From positions 67,912 to 131,911 of the forward strand of contig PMCA01000011.1 of assembly GCA_003153935.1 (NCBI GenBank): a DNA stretch of 64,000 nucleotides. Direction: 5' to 3'. A model generated the notes under the pieces. That model saw only the letters and a program-made list of their open reading frames with translations. It was not told where the DNA came from and did no database searches. Positions 46,090-59,084 of the stretch are shown here, piece by piece (positions within the stretch are counted from its first letter, which is position 1; every line of letters begins with the position of its first letter). Both the position numbers and the translations under genes were made by a program. This DNA comes from Elusimicrobiota bacterium. GTDB lineage: Bacteria; CAYTYR01; UBA6262.

Positions 46090-47457
46090 ATGGCAATAAC
46101 TCCGCAAGAAGCTTGGGAATCGACAATAAATGATCTAAAAGGCTCTTTGGAAGAAGAGGTTTTTGATCTGTGGGTAAAGCCTACAAAGTACGTCTCTTTT
46201 GAGGGTGGGGTGCTGAATCTGGAGGTACCTAACAAGTTTTTCCAGGAATGGCTGACAGAACACCTTTTACGGCAAACCGTCGATGTTTTTTCGAAACATA
46301 TCGACGCTGAAACCCAGGTTTCTTTAAAATTTAATATTTCTTCCGCTTACCAGGACCCGGCGGGCCAGATCAAAAAGGAAGCTATTGAGCCTTTGCCGAC
46401 CACTAACACGGAAACAAAGTTCGATGATCCGCGTTTTAATCCAAAATATACTTTTGAGACTTTTGTTATCGGTCCCAGTAACCGTTTTGCCCAGGCGGCC
46501 TCACAAGCTGTGGCCAAAGAGCCCGGTAAAGCTTATAATCCGCTATTTATTTATGGCGGCGTAGGGTTAGGAAAGACCCATTTGTTACACTGTATAGGCC
46601 ATTTTATTAAGACCAATTATCCTAATTTACGCCTTCTATATATCACCAGCGAACATTTCGTTAATGAATTCATCGATTCTATCCGGTATTCCAAGCCAAC
46701 CGAATTCCGGACCAAATACCGCAATGTGGATGTGCTGCTGGTTGACGACGTACAGTTCTTTGGCGGTAAAAATAGTTCCCAGGAAGGGTTTTTTCATACT
46801 TTTAACGCTCTTTATGAAACCCATAAGCAGCTGGTGTTTTCCAGCGACCGGCCGCCTAAAGAGATTCCAGATCTGGAAGAACGGCTCACCTCGCGTTTTG
46901 AATGGGGCCTGGTTACCGATATCCAGCCGCCTGACCTTGAAACCAGGATAGCTATATTGCGCCGTAAGCTGGAAGTGGAGAAGGTTAGCGTTCCGGATGA
47001 TGTCTTAATGTTCATTGCTACCAGGATCAAATCTAATATTCGCGAGTTGGAAGGGGCTTTGATCAGGATCGTAGCCTTTTCCTCTCTTACCGGCAGGCGG
47101 ATTAACCTGGATCTGGCGGAAGAAATCCTGCGGGACCTGGTCCCGGCCAGAGAATTAGAGCCGAACGTGACCATTGAACAAATTCAAAAGGTGGTCGCGC
47201 GCCAGTTCAACATCGACATCCGGGATATGGTAAGCAGAAGAAGAACCGATGCCATCGCTTATCCCCGTCAGATCGCCATGTATTTAGCTCGCAGCCTGAC
47301 TGAGTTGTCTTTGCCTGAGATCGGAGCGGCTTTTGGCGGTCGTGATCATACCACCGTACTGTATGCGTACGAAAAAATCAGCGGGAAGGTCAACACTGAC
47401 CCGTTTTTCGCGGCTTTGATAAATAAGATCATAATGGAGATAAAGAATAAGATATGA
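46090..47457 (+). CDS. dnaA: Chromosomal replication initiator protein DnaA
   Basis: AAA+ Walker A GGVGLGKTHLL, box VII, C-terminal DNA-binding HTH. Start taken at MAITPQEAWE, because the ORF-track start at 46045 lies inside the DnaA-box pair. Confidence 0.9.
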   Translation: MAITPQEAWESTINDLKGSLEEEVFDLWVKPTKYVSFEGGVLNLEVPNKFFQEWLTEHLLRQTVDVFSKHIDAETQVSLKFNISSAYQDPAGQIKKEAIEPLPTTNTETKFDDPRFNPKYTFETFVIGPSNRFAQAASQAVAKEPGKAYNPLFIYGGVGLGKTHLLHCIGHFIKTNYPNLRLLYITSEHFVNEFIDSIRYSKPTEFRTKYRNVDVLLVDDVQFFGGKNSSQEGFFHTFNALYETHKQLVFSSDRPPKEIPDLEERLTSRFEWGLVTDIQPPDLETRIAILRRKLEVEKVSVPDDVLMFIATRIKSNIRELEGALIRIVAFSSLTGRRINLDLAEEILRDLVPARELEPNVTIEQIQKVVARQFNIDIRDMVSRRRTDAIAYPRQIAMYLARSLTELSLPEIGAAFGGRDHTTVLYAYEKISGKVNTDPFFAALINKIIMEIKNKI

Positions 47458-47661
47458 GTAACTTGGCTTTTCTGTTAGTAAGACGGTTTATTTGGTTTTT
47501 TTTCTAACAGTGTTCATAAAACAGGTCTTTATCAACTTTTTAAAACTAATGTCTTTTGTATATTTATCAAAGCTTTTGCCGCTTATCAACATATTTGAGC
47601 GCTTATTAATATTATTGTTACTGCTTTGTATATAAGTTATATATATTAAAAGGAGGAAAGT
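47458..47661. promoter_or_regulatory. AT-rich dnaA-dnaN intergenic region with DnaA-box-like TTATCAAC(A/T) elements. Possible second oriC module/DUE.
   Basis: TTATCAACT at 47529-47537. TTATCAACA at 47583-47591. TTTATCAAA near 47563. Long A/T runs. Confidence 0.35.
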
Positions 47662-48777
47662 ATGAAGATCGTATGCTCCCAGGCAGATTTACTAAAAGGG
47701 GTTCAAAGCGTCCAAGCGATCATCTCATCACGAGCTAGTTTACCGGTATTATCAAATATTTTATTAGAAACCCAAAAAGATAAATTAAAATTAGCCGCCA
47801 CAGACCTTGAAGTTGGTATTAAAACGGAGATCCCCACAGAAATACTAAAAGAAGGCTCTATTACCATACCAGCCAAGATATTATTTGATATAGTAAGGGA
47901 ATTACCCAACCAGGATATACAGCTGGAAGTGACCAATGAATATAAGATCATACTATCCTGCGGCAAAATAATCTTTAAGATAATGGGCTTGCCAAAAGAC
48001 GAATTCCCTATTATTCCTGATTTTAAAGAGGATAATGCTTTCACTATTTCCGCCGGGTTGCTTAAAGAAATGATCCAAAAGACAATTTTTGCCATCTCTA
48101 ATGATGAAACCAGGTATATTTTAACCGGGGTCCTGGTACAAACCAGCAACGGCAATATGGAAATGATAGCTACGGATGGGCGCCGGTTATCCTATATTAA
48201 TGGTGGCAAACTGGATAAACAGGGTAAAAACAAACTGGATGTTATAGTGCCGTCTAAGGCCTTGCGTGAAGCCAGCCGCCTGATAGGGGAAAAGGAAACC
48301 GGGGATAAGGACCTGGTGAAAATAGAGCTTACGGAAAACCAGATCGCTTTAAAATTAGATTCTACCGTGTTGGTATCGCGCCTGGTGGAGGGGAAATTCC
48401 CCAATTATAAGCAGGTTATTCCCAAAGATCACAGCACCAGCGTGACCTTGGATACGGAAAAACTGTTAAATGCGGTGAAAAGAGTATCCCTGTTGTCTCC
48501 GGAAAAGGCGGAGTCGGTGAAACTGCAGTTTATCAAAGAGAAATTAATTATCTCTTCCATGGCCCAAGGATTAGGGGAGGCGCAAGAAGAACTCGAGATC
48601 GATTATAAGGGCGCGAACCTGGAAACAGCGTATAATCCCAAGTATTTAATGGATGTGCTCAAAGTTATCAAAGCCGGACAGATAGAAGTTGAGCTAAGCA
48701 ATGCCATGAGCCCCGGCGTGATCAAACCCAAGAGCGGGGAAGAGTACCTCTATGTCATAATGCCGATGCGGCTGTAG
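47662..48777 (+). CDS. dnaN: DNA polymerase III beta sliding clamp
   Basis: 371 aa, three-domain beta-clamp. Strong RBS AAAGGAGG upstream. Confidence 0.9.
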   Translation: MKIVCSQADLLKGVQSVQAIISSRASLPVLSNILLETQKDKLKLAATDLEVGIKTEIPTEILKEGSITIPAKILFDIVRELPNQDIQLEVTNEYKIILSCGKIIFKIMGLPKDEFPIIPDFKEDNAFTISAGLLKEMIQKTIFAISNDETRYILTGVLVQTSNGNMEMIATDGRRLSYINGGKLDKQGKNKLDVIVPSKALREASRLIGEKETGDKDLVKIELTENQIALKLDSTVLVSRLVEGKFPNYKQVIPKDHSTSVTLDTEKLLNAVKRVSLLSPEKAESVKLQFIKEKLIISSMAQGLGEAQEELEIDYKGANLETAYNPKYLMDVLKVIKAGQIEVELSNAMSPGVIKPKSGEEYLYVIMPMRL

Positions 48778-48779
48778 GT

Positions 48780-49881
48780 ATGTATTTAAAATCATTGGGG
48801 TTACAGAATATACGCAACTATGAAAAAATTGAATTAAACTTTGCTCCGGGGATCAATCTCTTTATCGGGCCTAACGGTTCCGGCAAGAGTAATTTACTGG
48901 AAGCTATATATTTTTTGCACACGGGACGCTCTATCCGGGTGATGAACGAGCAGGAGATCATTCGTTGGGGCGAAACTGAGGCCTATATCAGGGGAGAAGT
49001 GGATAATGGCAACGGCCTCCGGCGCGTAGGGATCGGGCTGAACTCAGACCGGGATAAAGAGATACAACTGGATAAAAAAAATCTCAACGGGCCGGGCGAA
49101 CTCAGGAATGCTGTCCCGGAAGTGCTGTTAACCAATAAAGACGGGGAACTGATAAGCGGCGAACCGGTACTGCGGCGAGCCTATTTAAATCAGTGCCTGT
49201 TGGCCATCGAGCCGGAATACAGCTATCAACTGCTAAAACTGAAAAAGATACTGATCTCCCGGAACGAGATCCTACGGCAGATAAGGGATGAGAGACAAAA
49301 ACAGGACACCCTGACAGTCTGGAACCAGAGTCTGGAGGAAGTTTCCGGATTCATCACAAAAAAACGCCGGGAAATAATACAGCGGCTTCAGGAAATAGCT
49401 AACGGGCTGTTGCAGAGACTTAATCCTGACAGCGTAAGAAATATAAAACTGGATTATAAGACTAATTGCCCGGAAGACCCGAAAGCCTGGGCCAACTTGT
49501 GGCTGATGATACAGGGCGAGGAAGTAAAACAGGCCCGCACATTGGTGGGGCCGCAGCGCGACGACGTGGAGATCGGGGTGGAAAAGGACAAGAAGAACGT
49601 GCACCTGCGGTTATTCGGGTCCCAGGGAGAACAAACCCTTACCGCCTATGTGCTAAAATTGAGCCAGGCAGAGATCATAAAAGAAGACAAGAAGCAGAAA
49701 CCGATAATCCTGGCCGATGATATCTTCGCGGAAATAGATGAAAACACTCAGCGCAAAGTGCTGAGTTATTTCCAGGAAACGGAGCAGGTGTTTTTGACTG
49801 CGACCGATCTGGACAGGATAAAGAACCTGCCGACGCCTAACCAGGTGTTCCGGGTCAGCGGCAATGAATGCGTGCGGGTCA

Positions 49882-49904
<23 letters not shown>
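48780..49904 (+). CDS. recF: DNA replication and repair protein RecF
   Basis: 374 aa. Walker A GPNGSGKSNLLEAI, ABC signature and Walker B near the C-terminus. Confidence 0.85.
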
Positions 49905-52693
<2,789 letters not shown>

Positions 52694-52723
52694 ATATTAT
52701 TAATTTCGAGGAGAAGAGATTAA

Positions 52724-55198
52724 ATGGCGGAAGCATTTAAGGAAAATATCGTACCCCGTAATATAGAAGAGGAGATGAAATCCTCCTACATAGATTATTC
52801 CATGAGCGTGATCGTCGGACGCGCCCTCCCGGACGTGCGGGACGGTTTAAAGCCGGTCCATCGGCGCATTTTATACGCCATGAAAGAATTGGGGCTGGTC
52901 CATAATAAGGCCTACCGCAAAAGCGCTACGGTCGTCGGTGACGTGCTCGGTAAATATCACCCGCACGGGGATATGGCGGTCTATGATTCGATCGTACGCA
53001 TGGCCCAGGATTTTTCGCTGCGCTATCCTTTAATAGATGGGCAAGGGAATTTTGGATCCATCGACGGTGATCCGGCGGCGGCTTACAGATATACGGAAGT
53101 TCGTATGGCCGCGCTGGCGGAAGAATTACTGAAGGATATTGATAAGAATACGGTGGATTTCGCGCCGACCTTTGACAACTATAGGGAAGAACCACTGGTA
53201 TTGCCGGCGGCTTTCCCCAATCTGCTGGTCAACGGCTCCAGCGGTATCGCAGTGGGCATGGCCACGAATATCCCGCCGCATAATTTAGGCGAAGTGATCG
53301 ATGCGATCATTTGCCTGATCGAAACTCCGGAAGCGGATATAAAAGAATTGATGAAGTATATTAAAGGGCCTGATTTCCCGACTGCGGCCACTATCCGCGG
53401 TAAAGGAGGTATCCGGGACGCTTATATGACCGGGCGCGGCTCGGTTATGTTGCAGGCTGTGGTGGAGACCGAGGACATAGGTAACGGTAAAGAAGCTATT
53501 ATTGTTAAGGAGCTGCCGTACCAGGTAAACAAAGCCACTTTGCTCGAAACTATCGCCGACCTGGTCAAGGACAAGAAGATCGAGGGCATTTCCGATCTGC
53601 GCGATGAATCTGACCGCGAAGGCATCAGGGTAGTTATTGAGCTGAAACGCGATGCCAACACCGAACTTATCCTGAACCAGCTCTTCAAGCATACCCAGTT
53701 ACAAACTTCATTCGGCATCATCATGCTGGCCCTGGTCAATAACCGGCCGCGTGTACTTAACCTTAAAGAGATGCTGGTTTATTACCTGCGCCACCGGCAG
53801 GAAGTAACGATACGGCGCACCAAGTTCGATTTGGCAAAAGCCGAGGCACGGGCGCATATTTTGGAAGGCTTGAAGATCGCCGTTGACAATATTAATAAAG
53901 TAGTCAAGATCATAAAAGAATCTAAGGACGTGGATGAGGCGCGGGAAGGGCTGATGACTACTTTTGGCTTATCCAAGATACAGGCCCAGGCTATTCTGGA
54001 CATGCGCCTGCAACAGCTGACCGGACTGGAACTGGAAAAACTGGAACGTGAATACCTGGAATTATTAAAAACCATCGAACGGCTGAAAGCTATTCTGGCC
54101 GATCCTAAAAAAGTGCTGGCGTTGATAAAGGAAGAATTGCTGCAGATCAAGGAAAAATATGACGACAAGCGCCGGACCAAGATCATCGCCCAGGAAGCGG
54201 AAGATCTTTCCATGGAGGACTTGATCGAAGAGGAATCCGTGGCTGTGACCATCTCGCACGCCGGCTACGTTAAGCGTATACCGGCCTCCACTTACCACGC
54301 CCAGAATCGCGGCGGTAAAGGCGTAACCGGGGTCACTACGCGCGAGGATGATTTCATCGAGGACGTGTTTGTCACCTCCACGCACGATTATATGCTGCTC
54401 TTCAGCAATATCGGGAGGGTTTATTGGATAAAGGTATATGAGATCCCGGAGGGCGGACGCGTGGCCAAAGGCAAGGCCATAGTCAATTTGGTCAAGCTAT
54501 CCAAGCCCGATGAAATGGTGACCGCGGCTATTACCATTCATGATTTCAACAAGGAGAACGTTTTCCTGATGATGATAACCAAGCAAGGGACGGTAAAAAA
54601 GACACCCTTGAGCGAATACAGCAATCCACGGGCCGGAGGCATTATCGCCATTAATCTGGAAGACAGCGATGAACTGATGGGCGTTAAAATGACTGACGGC
54701 TCTCAGGAGATAATTATCGGCACGCGCGACGGGCTGGCCATCCATTTCAAAGAAGAAGAAGTCAGGCCGATCGGCCGGGTGGGTAAGGGAGTGCGGGGTA
54801 TAGAACTGCGCAAAGAAGACCAGGTCGTCGGCATGGAAGTGGTGAAAAAAGAAGAGATCATCCTGGTAGCAACGGAAAATGGCTACGGCAAAAAAACCAA
54901 GGTTAAGGAATACCGGATACAAAGCCGCGGCGGCAAGGGCGTGATCAATATTAAAGCTAACGAGCGTAACGGCAGGGTTATCAGCATTAAGAGGGTTTCC
55001 GATAACGACGATATCATGGTCATCACCCAAAAGGGTGTCGTGAACCGTCAGCCGGTAAAGGCTATCTCCACGATGGGTCGTAATACTCAAGGGGTAAGGC
55101 TCATTAAATTGCAGGAGGGGGACAGGCTGGTATCCGTAGCCAGAATGATACACGAGTCGGAAGTGCCTAAGGACGAACAGGATGATAAAAAAGTTTGA
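52724..55198 (+). CDS. gyrA: DNA gyrase subunit A
   Basis: 824 aa. Active-site Tyr region (AAMRYTE), QRDR HPHGD, GyrA-box, C-terminal beta-pinwheel repeats. Confidence 0.95.
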   Translation: MAEAFKENIVPRNIEEEMKSSYIDYSMSVIVGRALPDVRDGLKPVHRRILYAMKELGLVHNKAYRKSATVVGDVLGKYHPHGDMAVYDSIVRMAQDFSLRYPLIDGQGNFGSIDGDPAAAYRYTEVRMAALAEELLKDIDKNTVDFAPTFDNYREEPLVLPAAFPNLLVNGSSGIAVGMATNIPPHNLGEVIDAIICLIETPEADIKELMKYIKGPDFPTAATIRGKGGIRDAYMTGRGSVMLQAVVETEDIGNGKEAIIVKELPYQVNKATLLETIADLVKDKKIEGISDLRDESDREGIRVVIELKRDANTELILNQLFKHTQLQTSFGIIMLALVNNRPRVLNLKEMLVYYLRHRQEVTIRRTKFDLAKAEARAHILEGLKIAVDNINKVVKIIKESKDVDEAREGLMTTFGLSKIQAQAILDMRLQQLTGLELEKLEREYLELLKTIERLKAILADPKKVLALIKEELLQIKEKYDDKRRTKIIAQEAEDLSMEDLIEEESVAVTISHAGYVKRIPASTYHAQNRGGKGVTGVTTREDDFIEDVFVTSTHDYMLLFSNIGRVYWIKVYEIPEGGRVAKGKAIVNLVKLSKPDEMVTAAITIHDFNKENVFLMMITKQGTVKKTPLSEYSNPRAGGIIAINLEDSDELMGVKMTDGSQEIIIGTRDGLAIHFKEEEVRPIGRVGKGVRGIELRKEDQVVGMEVVKKEEIILVATENGYGKKTKVKEYRIQSRGGKGVINIKANERNGRVISIKRVSDNDDIMVITQKGVVNRQPVKAISTMGRNTQGVRLIKLQEGDRLVSVARMIHESEVPKDEQDDKKV

Positions 55199-55625
55199 GC
55201 CGATCGACCAATACAGCGATTCCGAGCTGGGCCTGATAGTTAACGGTGATGACCTGCAGCAGCTGTATTACCATGCGACCATCGGGATGCTGAAGATGAT
55301 CTCCGATACCAACAAGGTCAGAGAGTTGACCAAGGTTAAGATCCAGGCCCAGGGCTCCAGCAAAGAAGAAACCCTGGTTAATTTCCTGAACGCGGTCCTG
55401 AACCAGGTCAATAATAATGATATGCAATTCGCCGCGGTTATGATAACCTACGCCGATTTGAACAGCATCGAAGCGGAGTTAAAGGGCGAAGAATATAACC
55501 GTAATAAACACGATAAAAAAGGAACTATTAAAAGAGTGATCTTTCGCGATGTAACCATTAAAAAAACCGCCCAGGAAGTCAACGGACCGCTGGTATGGCA
55601 CACCGAATTACATTTCGCAGTATAA
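55182..55625 (+). CDS. Archease-like protein
   Basis: 147 aa. Aligns with the archease pattern KxF/YExxDxxxDxxLxxxGDxLxxLFxxAxxGM...VxVxaqG...LLxxFLxxxL. Overlaps the gyrA stop by 17 nt. Confidence 0.55.
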   Translation: MIKKFEPIDQYSDSELGLIVNGDDLQQLYYHATIGMLKMISDTNKVRELTKVKIQAQGSSKEETLVNFLNAVLNQVNNNDMQFAAVMITYADLNSIEAELKGEEYNRNKHDKKGTIKRVIFRDVTIKKTAQEVNGPLVWHTELHFAV

Positions 55626-55638
55626 AGAGGGCAAGACC

Positions 55639-56913
55639 ATGTTAGATATTAAGAAGATCAGAGAAAACGCTGCACAGATGGAAGAAAGATTGACCAAGCG
55701 CGACCCCAGGATCAACCTGAAACAATTACAGACCAAAGATACGAAGCGTAAAGCGCTCCTGCTGCAGGTGGAGGAATTAAAAGCTAGGCGTAATAAGGCC
55801 AGCGATGAGATCGCGGTCCTGAAAAAAGATAAAAAAGACGCTTCCGCCCTGATCCAGGATATGCAGACAGTATCCGCCCAGATAAAAGCCCTGGACCCTG
55901 AATTAAAAACGCTGGAAGAGGAAATCGATGCAGAACTATTAAACATCCCTAATACCCCGGATGATACTGTGCCCGTCGGGAAAGACGAAAAGGATAATAA
56001 GATTATCCGGGAATGGGGGAAAAAACGGATTTTTGATTTCACCCCCCGGGATCATACGGATGTCGGCGAAATCTTGGGGATATTGGATTTTAAAACCGCG
56101 GCCAAGATCAGCGGCGCCAGGTTTGCTTTGCTTAAGGGGCCAGGGGCGATGCTGGAAAGGGCGATCATTTCATTCTTTTTAGAAACCCATATTCAAAAAC
56201 ACGGCTACCAGGAAGTCTGGGTCCCGTTCCTGGTTAATCCGCAAAGCATGCAAGGGACTGGACAATTACCTAAATTTGAGGCAGAGTTATTTAAGTGCCG
56301 TGACGATGAATACTACCTGATCCCCACTGCGGAGGTCCCAGTGACCAATATCCACCGCGATGAGATCATGGCTGAGGCGGACTTGCCCCGGAAATATGTT
56401 TGTTATACAGCTTGCTTCCGGAGAGAATCCGGCTCATACGGTAAGGATACCAGGGGGCTGATACGCAATCACCAGTTCAATAAAGTGGAGTTGGTAAAAT
56501 TCGTAAAACCGGAAGAATCGTTTAAGGAATTAGAGGTACTGACCGGAGACGCCGAAGAGGTTCTGCAATTGCTGGGGTTGCCCTACCGGGTGGTGGCCTT
56601 ATGCACAGGGGACCTGGGTTTTTCCAGCGCCAAAACATACGACCTGGAAGTCTGGATGCCGGGCGAGAACCGGTACCGGGAAATATCTTCCTGCAGCAAC
56701 TTTACCGATTACCAGGCGCGCCGGATGAACATAAAATATCGCGGCCAGGATAAGGGTATTAACTTTGTCCACACCTTGAATGGTTCTGGCGTCGCGGTGG
56801 GCCGGACGTTTGCGGCTATATTGGAGAATTACCAGCAAAAAGACGGTAGCCTGGATATCCCGGCGGCTCTGCAAAAATATATGAACGGCCTGATGGCGAT
56901 CAGCAAATTATAA
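55639..56913 (+). CDS. serS: Serine--tRNA ligase
   Basis: 424 aa. N-terminal coiled-coil arm, class II motifs 1-3 (FRRE, GSG..VGRT). Confidence 0.9.
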   Translation: MLDIKKIRENAAQMEERLTKRDPRINLKQLQTKDTKRKALLLQVEELKARRNKASDEIAVLKKDKKDASALIQDMQTVSAQIKALDPELKTLEEEIDAELLNIPNTPDDTVPVGKDEKDNKIIREWGKKRIFDFTPRDHTDVGEILGILDFKTAAKISGARFALLKGPGAMLERAIISFFLETHIQKHGYQEVWVPFLVNPQSMQGTGQLPKFEAELFKCRDDEYYLIPTAEVPVTNIHRDEIMAEADLPRKYVCYTACFRRESGSYGKDTRGLIRNHQFNKVELVKFVKPEESFKELEVLTGDAEEVLQLLGLPYRVVALCTGDLGFSSAKTYDLEVWMPGENRYREISSCSNFTDYQARRMNIKYRGQDKGINFVHTLNGSGVAVGRTFAAILENYQQKDGSLDIPAALQKYMNGLMAISKL

Positions 56914-56923
56914 GAGGTGACCT

Positions 56924-57229
56924 ATGCCAATAGCCAAGATCAAAGACTGGGAACTGAACACCAAGGCCAACGCGGAGTTTGTTAAAAAATCTATTGATAC
57001 GCAACACTTGAAAATAGGCACCACTAACGGTATTGTACAGGTAGCCGGGGAAATAGTATTTACCGGCGCGAAGATTGACGCCAGTATAGACGCGGAAGTT
57101 ATCAATGTGCTAAAATCGGTGGACCGTATGATCAAGACGATCAACGGGGTAAAGGATGTTAAATACTCGTTAACTAACTGGCAGAAAACCGGCGGCAACT
57201 GGGGCCGTCGCGCCAAAGAAGTAGGCTGA
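56924..57229 (+). CDS. Small BON-like domain protein, function unknown
   Basis: 101 aa. Pattern NGIVQVAGEIVF...DVKY resembles BON/OsmY-type domains. Weak call. Confidence 0.35.
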   Translation: MPIAKIKDWELNTKANAEFVKKSIDTQHLKIGTTNGIVQVAGEIVFTGAKIDASIDAEVINVLKSVDRMIKTINGVKDVKYSLTNWQKTGGNWGRRAKEVG

Positions 57230-57234
57230 TAATT

Positions 57235-57313
57235 GGAGGCGTCGCATAGCGGTTGAACCGGTCTTGCCTGTCCCCCTGTCCTGAAACCGTAGGTTTCAAG
57301 GGGGGAAAACCGG
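57235..57313 (+). other. tRNA-Ser-like 5'-half fragment with ~40-nt hairpin at the anticodon-loop position, immediately upstream of tRNA-Ser(TGA)
   Basis: GGAGGCGTCGCATAGCGGTTGA-ACCGG-TCTTG[CCTGTCCCCCTGTCCTGAAACCGTAGGTTTCAAGGGGGG]AAA-ACCGG. The 5' half is near-identical to tRNA-Ser(CGA) at 30483-30572. The anticodon nucleotides (TGA) match the adjacent real tRNA. Confidence 0.4.
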
Positions 57314-57321
57314 AAAGCAAT

Positions 57322-57408
57322 GGAGGGGTGACCGAGTGGTTTAAGGTGCTGGTCTTGAAAACCAGTGTGGGCTAACGCTCACCGGGGGTTCAAATCCCTC
57401 CCCCTCCG
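57322..57408 (+). tRNA. tRNA-Ser (anticodon TGA)
   Basis: GGAGGGGTGACCGAGTGGTTTAAGGTG-CTGGT-CTTGAAA-ACCAG + long variable arm + GGTTCAAATCC. 87 nt. Confidence 0.8.
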
Positions 57409-57453
57409 ATTAAAACAAAAACATAATAGTAATGATTTTTTAACCGATAATTT

Positions 57454-57544
57454 GGAGAGGTGGCCGAGTGGTTGAAGGCAGCCGCCTGCTAAGCGGTTGT
57501 ACGGGTGAAAACCTGTACCCTGGGTTCGAATCCCAGCCTCTCCG
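57454..57544 (+). tRNA. tRNA-Ser (anticodon GCT)
   Basis: GGAGAGGTGGCCGAGTGGTTGAAGGCAG-CCGC-CTGCTAA-GCGG + long variable arm + GGTTCGAATCC. 91 nt. Confidence 0.8.
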
Positions 57545-57581
57545 TTTTAATTTTTAATCCACCCGAACATAGGGAGCCGGA

Positions 57582-57950
57582 ATGCCGGATTATTCCAGAG
57601 TAATGTTCATACGCCATAAGGGCAAAGAGATCTTGCAGCTGGACTTTTCCAAGTGCAAGTATGAAGAATTCCTGGTAGAAGTGGAAAAAGCCAGGGGTAT
57701 TGTAACTGAGCAGGCGCCTAAGTCCCTGTTGATCCTTAAGATCGTGCAGGATTTCAATTTTAATAAGGAAATTACCAGGTCAATGAAGGAGTTCGCCACC
57801 CATAACCTGCCTTTCGTAAAAGCCGCCGCGGTGGTGGGAGTTACGGGACTGAAAAAGATCATTTATGACGCTATTGAACGATTAACCGGCAGCGAATTCA
57901 GGTATTTTAACGATGTAGATACGGCTAAAGACTGGTTGGCCGAACAATAA
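57582..57950 (+). CDS. Hypothetical ~120-aa protein, tandem paralog 1 (conserved FSKC, ATHN and C-terminal AKxWLA motifs)
   Basis: 122 aa. Shares clear similarity with the next ORF. A loose resemblance to STAS-like regulator C-termini is not supportable without HMMs. Confidence 0.5.
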   Translation: MPDYSRVMFIRHKGKEILQLDFSKCKYEEFLVEVEKARGIVTEQAPKSLLILKIVQDFNFNKEITRSMKEFATHNLPFVKAAAVVGVTGLKKIIYDAIERLTGSEFRYFNDVDTAKDWLAEQ

Positions 57951-57961
57951 AGGGGTGGATA

Positions 57962-58324
57962 ATGGATAAAATAAATTATATCGATTATAAAGGCAAAACC
58001 ATATTATATATTAATTTCTCCAAATGCCATCCGCGGGATATTCAGCCGATAATAGAAGAGGCTAAAAAAGTGGCGGCGCATCAATCTCCGGGCACAGTTC
58101 TTACTCTGACCAATGTCGCGGATATGATGTTCGACAAAAAGACCAATGACAAAATGAAAGACTTGGCTACGCATAACCATCTTTTTACCAAGGCGGAAGC
58201 GGTGATCGGGGCGACCGGGGTATTAAAGGTCATCTTTGACGCCATCGTCCTGTCAGGCAAGGGCAAGGTTAAGCTGTTTGACGATATGTTGTCTGCCAAA
58301 GAATGGCTGGCCGGGCAGAAATAG
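57962..58324 (+). CDS. Hypothetical ~120-aa protein, tandem paralog 2
   Basis: 120 aa. Aligns with paralog 1 at KGKxIL..FSKC, ATHNxxFxKAxAVxGxTGxLKxIxDAI and FxDxxxAKxWLAxQ. Confidence 0.5.
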   Translation: MDKINYIDYKGKTILYINFSKCHPRDIQPIIEEAKKVAAHQSPGTVLTLTNVADMMFDKKTNDKMKDLATHNHLFTKAEAVIGATGVLKVIFDAIVLSGKGKVKLFDDMLSAKEWLAGQK

Positions 58325-58336
58325 GTTTTGTTATAC

Positions 58337-58409
<73 letters not shown>

Positions 58410-58447
58410 TATTTTTCCTCAAAGATGCGGCCAATAGAGGTATTTCC

Positions 58448-59068
58448 ATGGGTACTACTGATAACGTCAAAGAGAAGCAGTTCAGATTTCTTTACCGGTT
58501 GTACCAGTTAAGCGAAGGCGATGAAAACCATCCGGTAGAGGTCGGTAAGATCCGCGAAGAGATCGGCGCAAGCAATACCTTTGCCAAAGATATAATCGAC
58601 TATCTGGAAACAGAGGGCTTGCTAAATTTCCAACCCGGCAGTGACACGGTCAGCATTACTCCCGGCGGCGATGACGAGATCGAAAACGCTTTGATCAATT
58701 CCGACAAAGCCACCGCTCATTTCCCTCCCATGGATAAAATTTATACCACCAGGAAAATGGAAATGGATATGTCCGCCGCCAGCATTTCAGATCTGCAGCT
58801 GGTCACCATCGGCAGTAATAAGCACCGTGAACTTAAAGAAGTGATCGGCCTACTGAAAGAGGCCGCGGATCAACTGGGTCTCGACACCCAACAGAATAAT
58901 ACCCTGCAGGTAGAGATAAACACCATCGAAGGACAACTGCTTTCTTCCAAGCCCAAAGCCAACCTGATTCCCAAAAGCCTGGACTCAATCAGGAGAATTT
59001 TGGAAGGCAGTTCAGGCAATCCCCTGGGCAGCAGCATCCTGACCAAGATCATGTCCATTATAAGTTAA
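58448..59068 (+). CDS. Hypothetical protein (206 aa, acidic, no recognisable domain)
   Basis: Start moved to MGTTDNVKEKQ (58448), because the ORF-track start at 58328 overlaps tRNA-Ala. Confidence 0.45.
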   Translation: MGTTDNVKEKQFRFLYRLYQLSEGDENHPVEVGKIREEIGASNTFAKDIIDYLETEGLLNFQPGSDTVSITPGGDDEIENALINSDKATAHFPPMDKIYTTRKMEMDMSAASISDLQLVTIGSNKHRELKEVIGLLKEAADQLGLDTQQNNTLQVEINTIEGQLLSSKPKANLIPKSLDSIRRILEGSSGNPLGSSILTKIMSIIS

Positions 59069-59084
59069 CCCCAAAGGAGAAATA

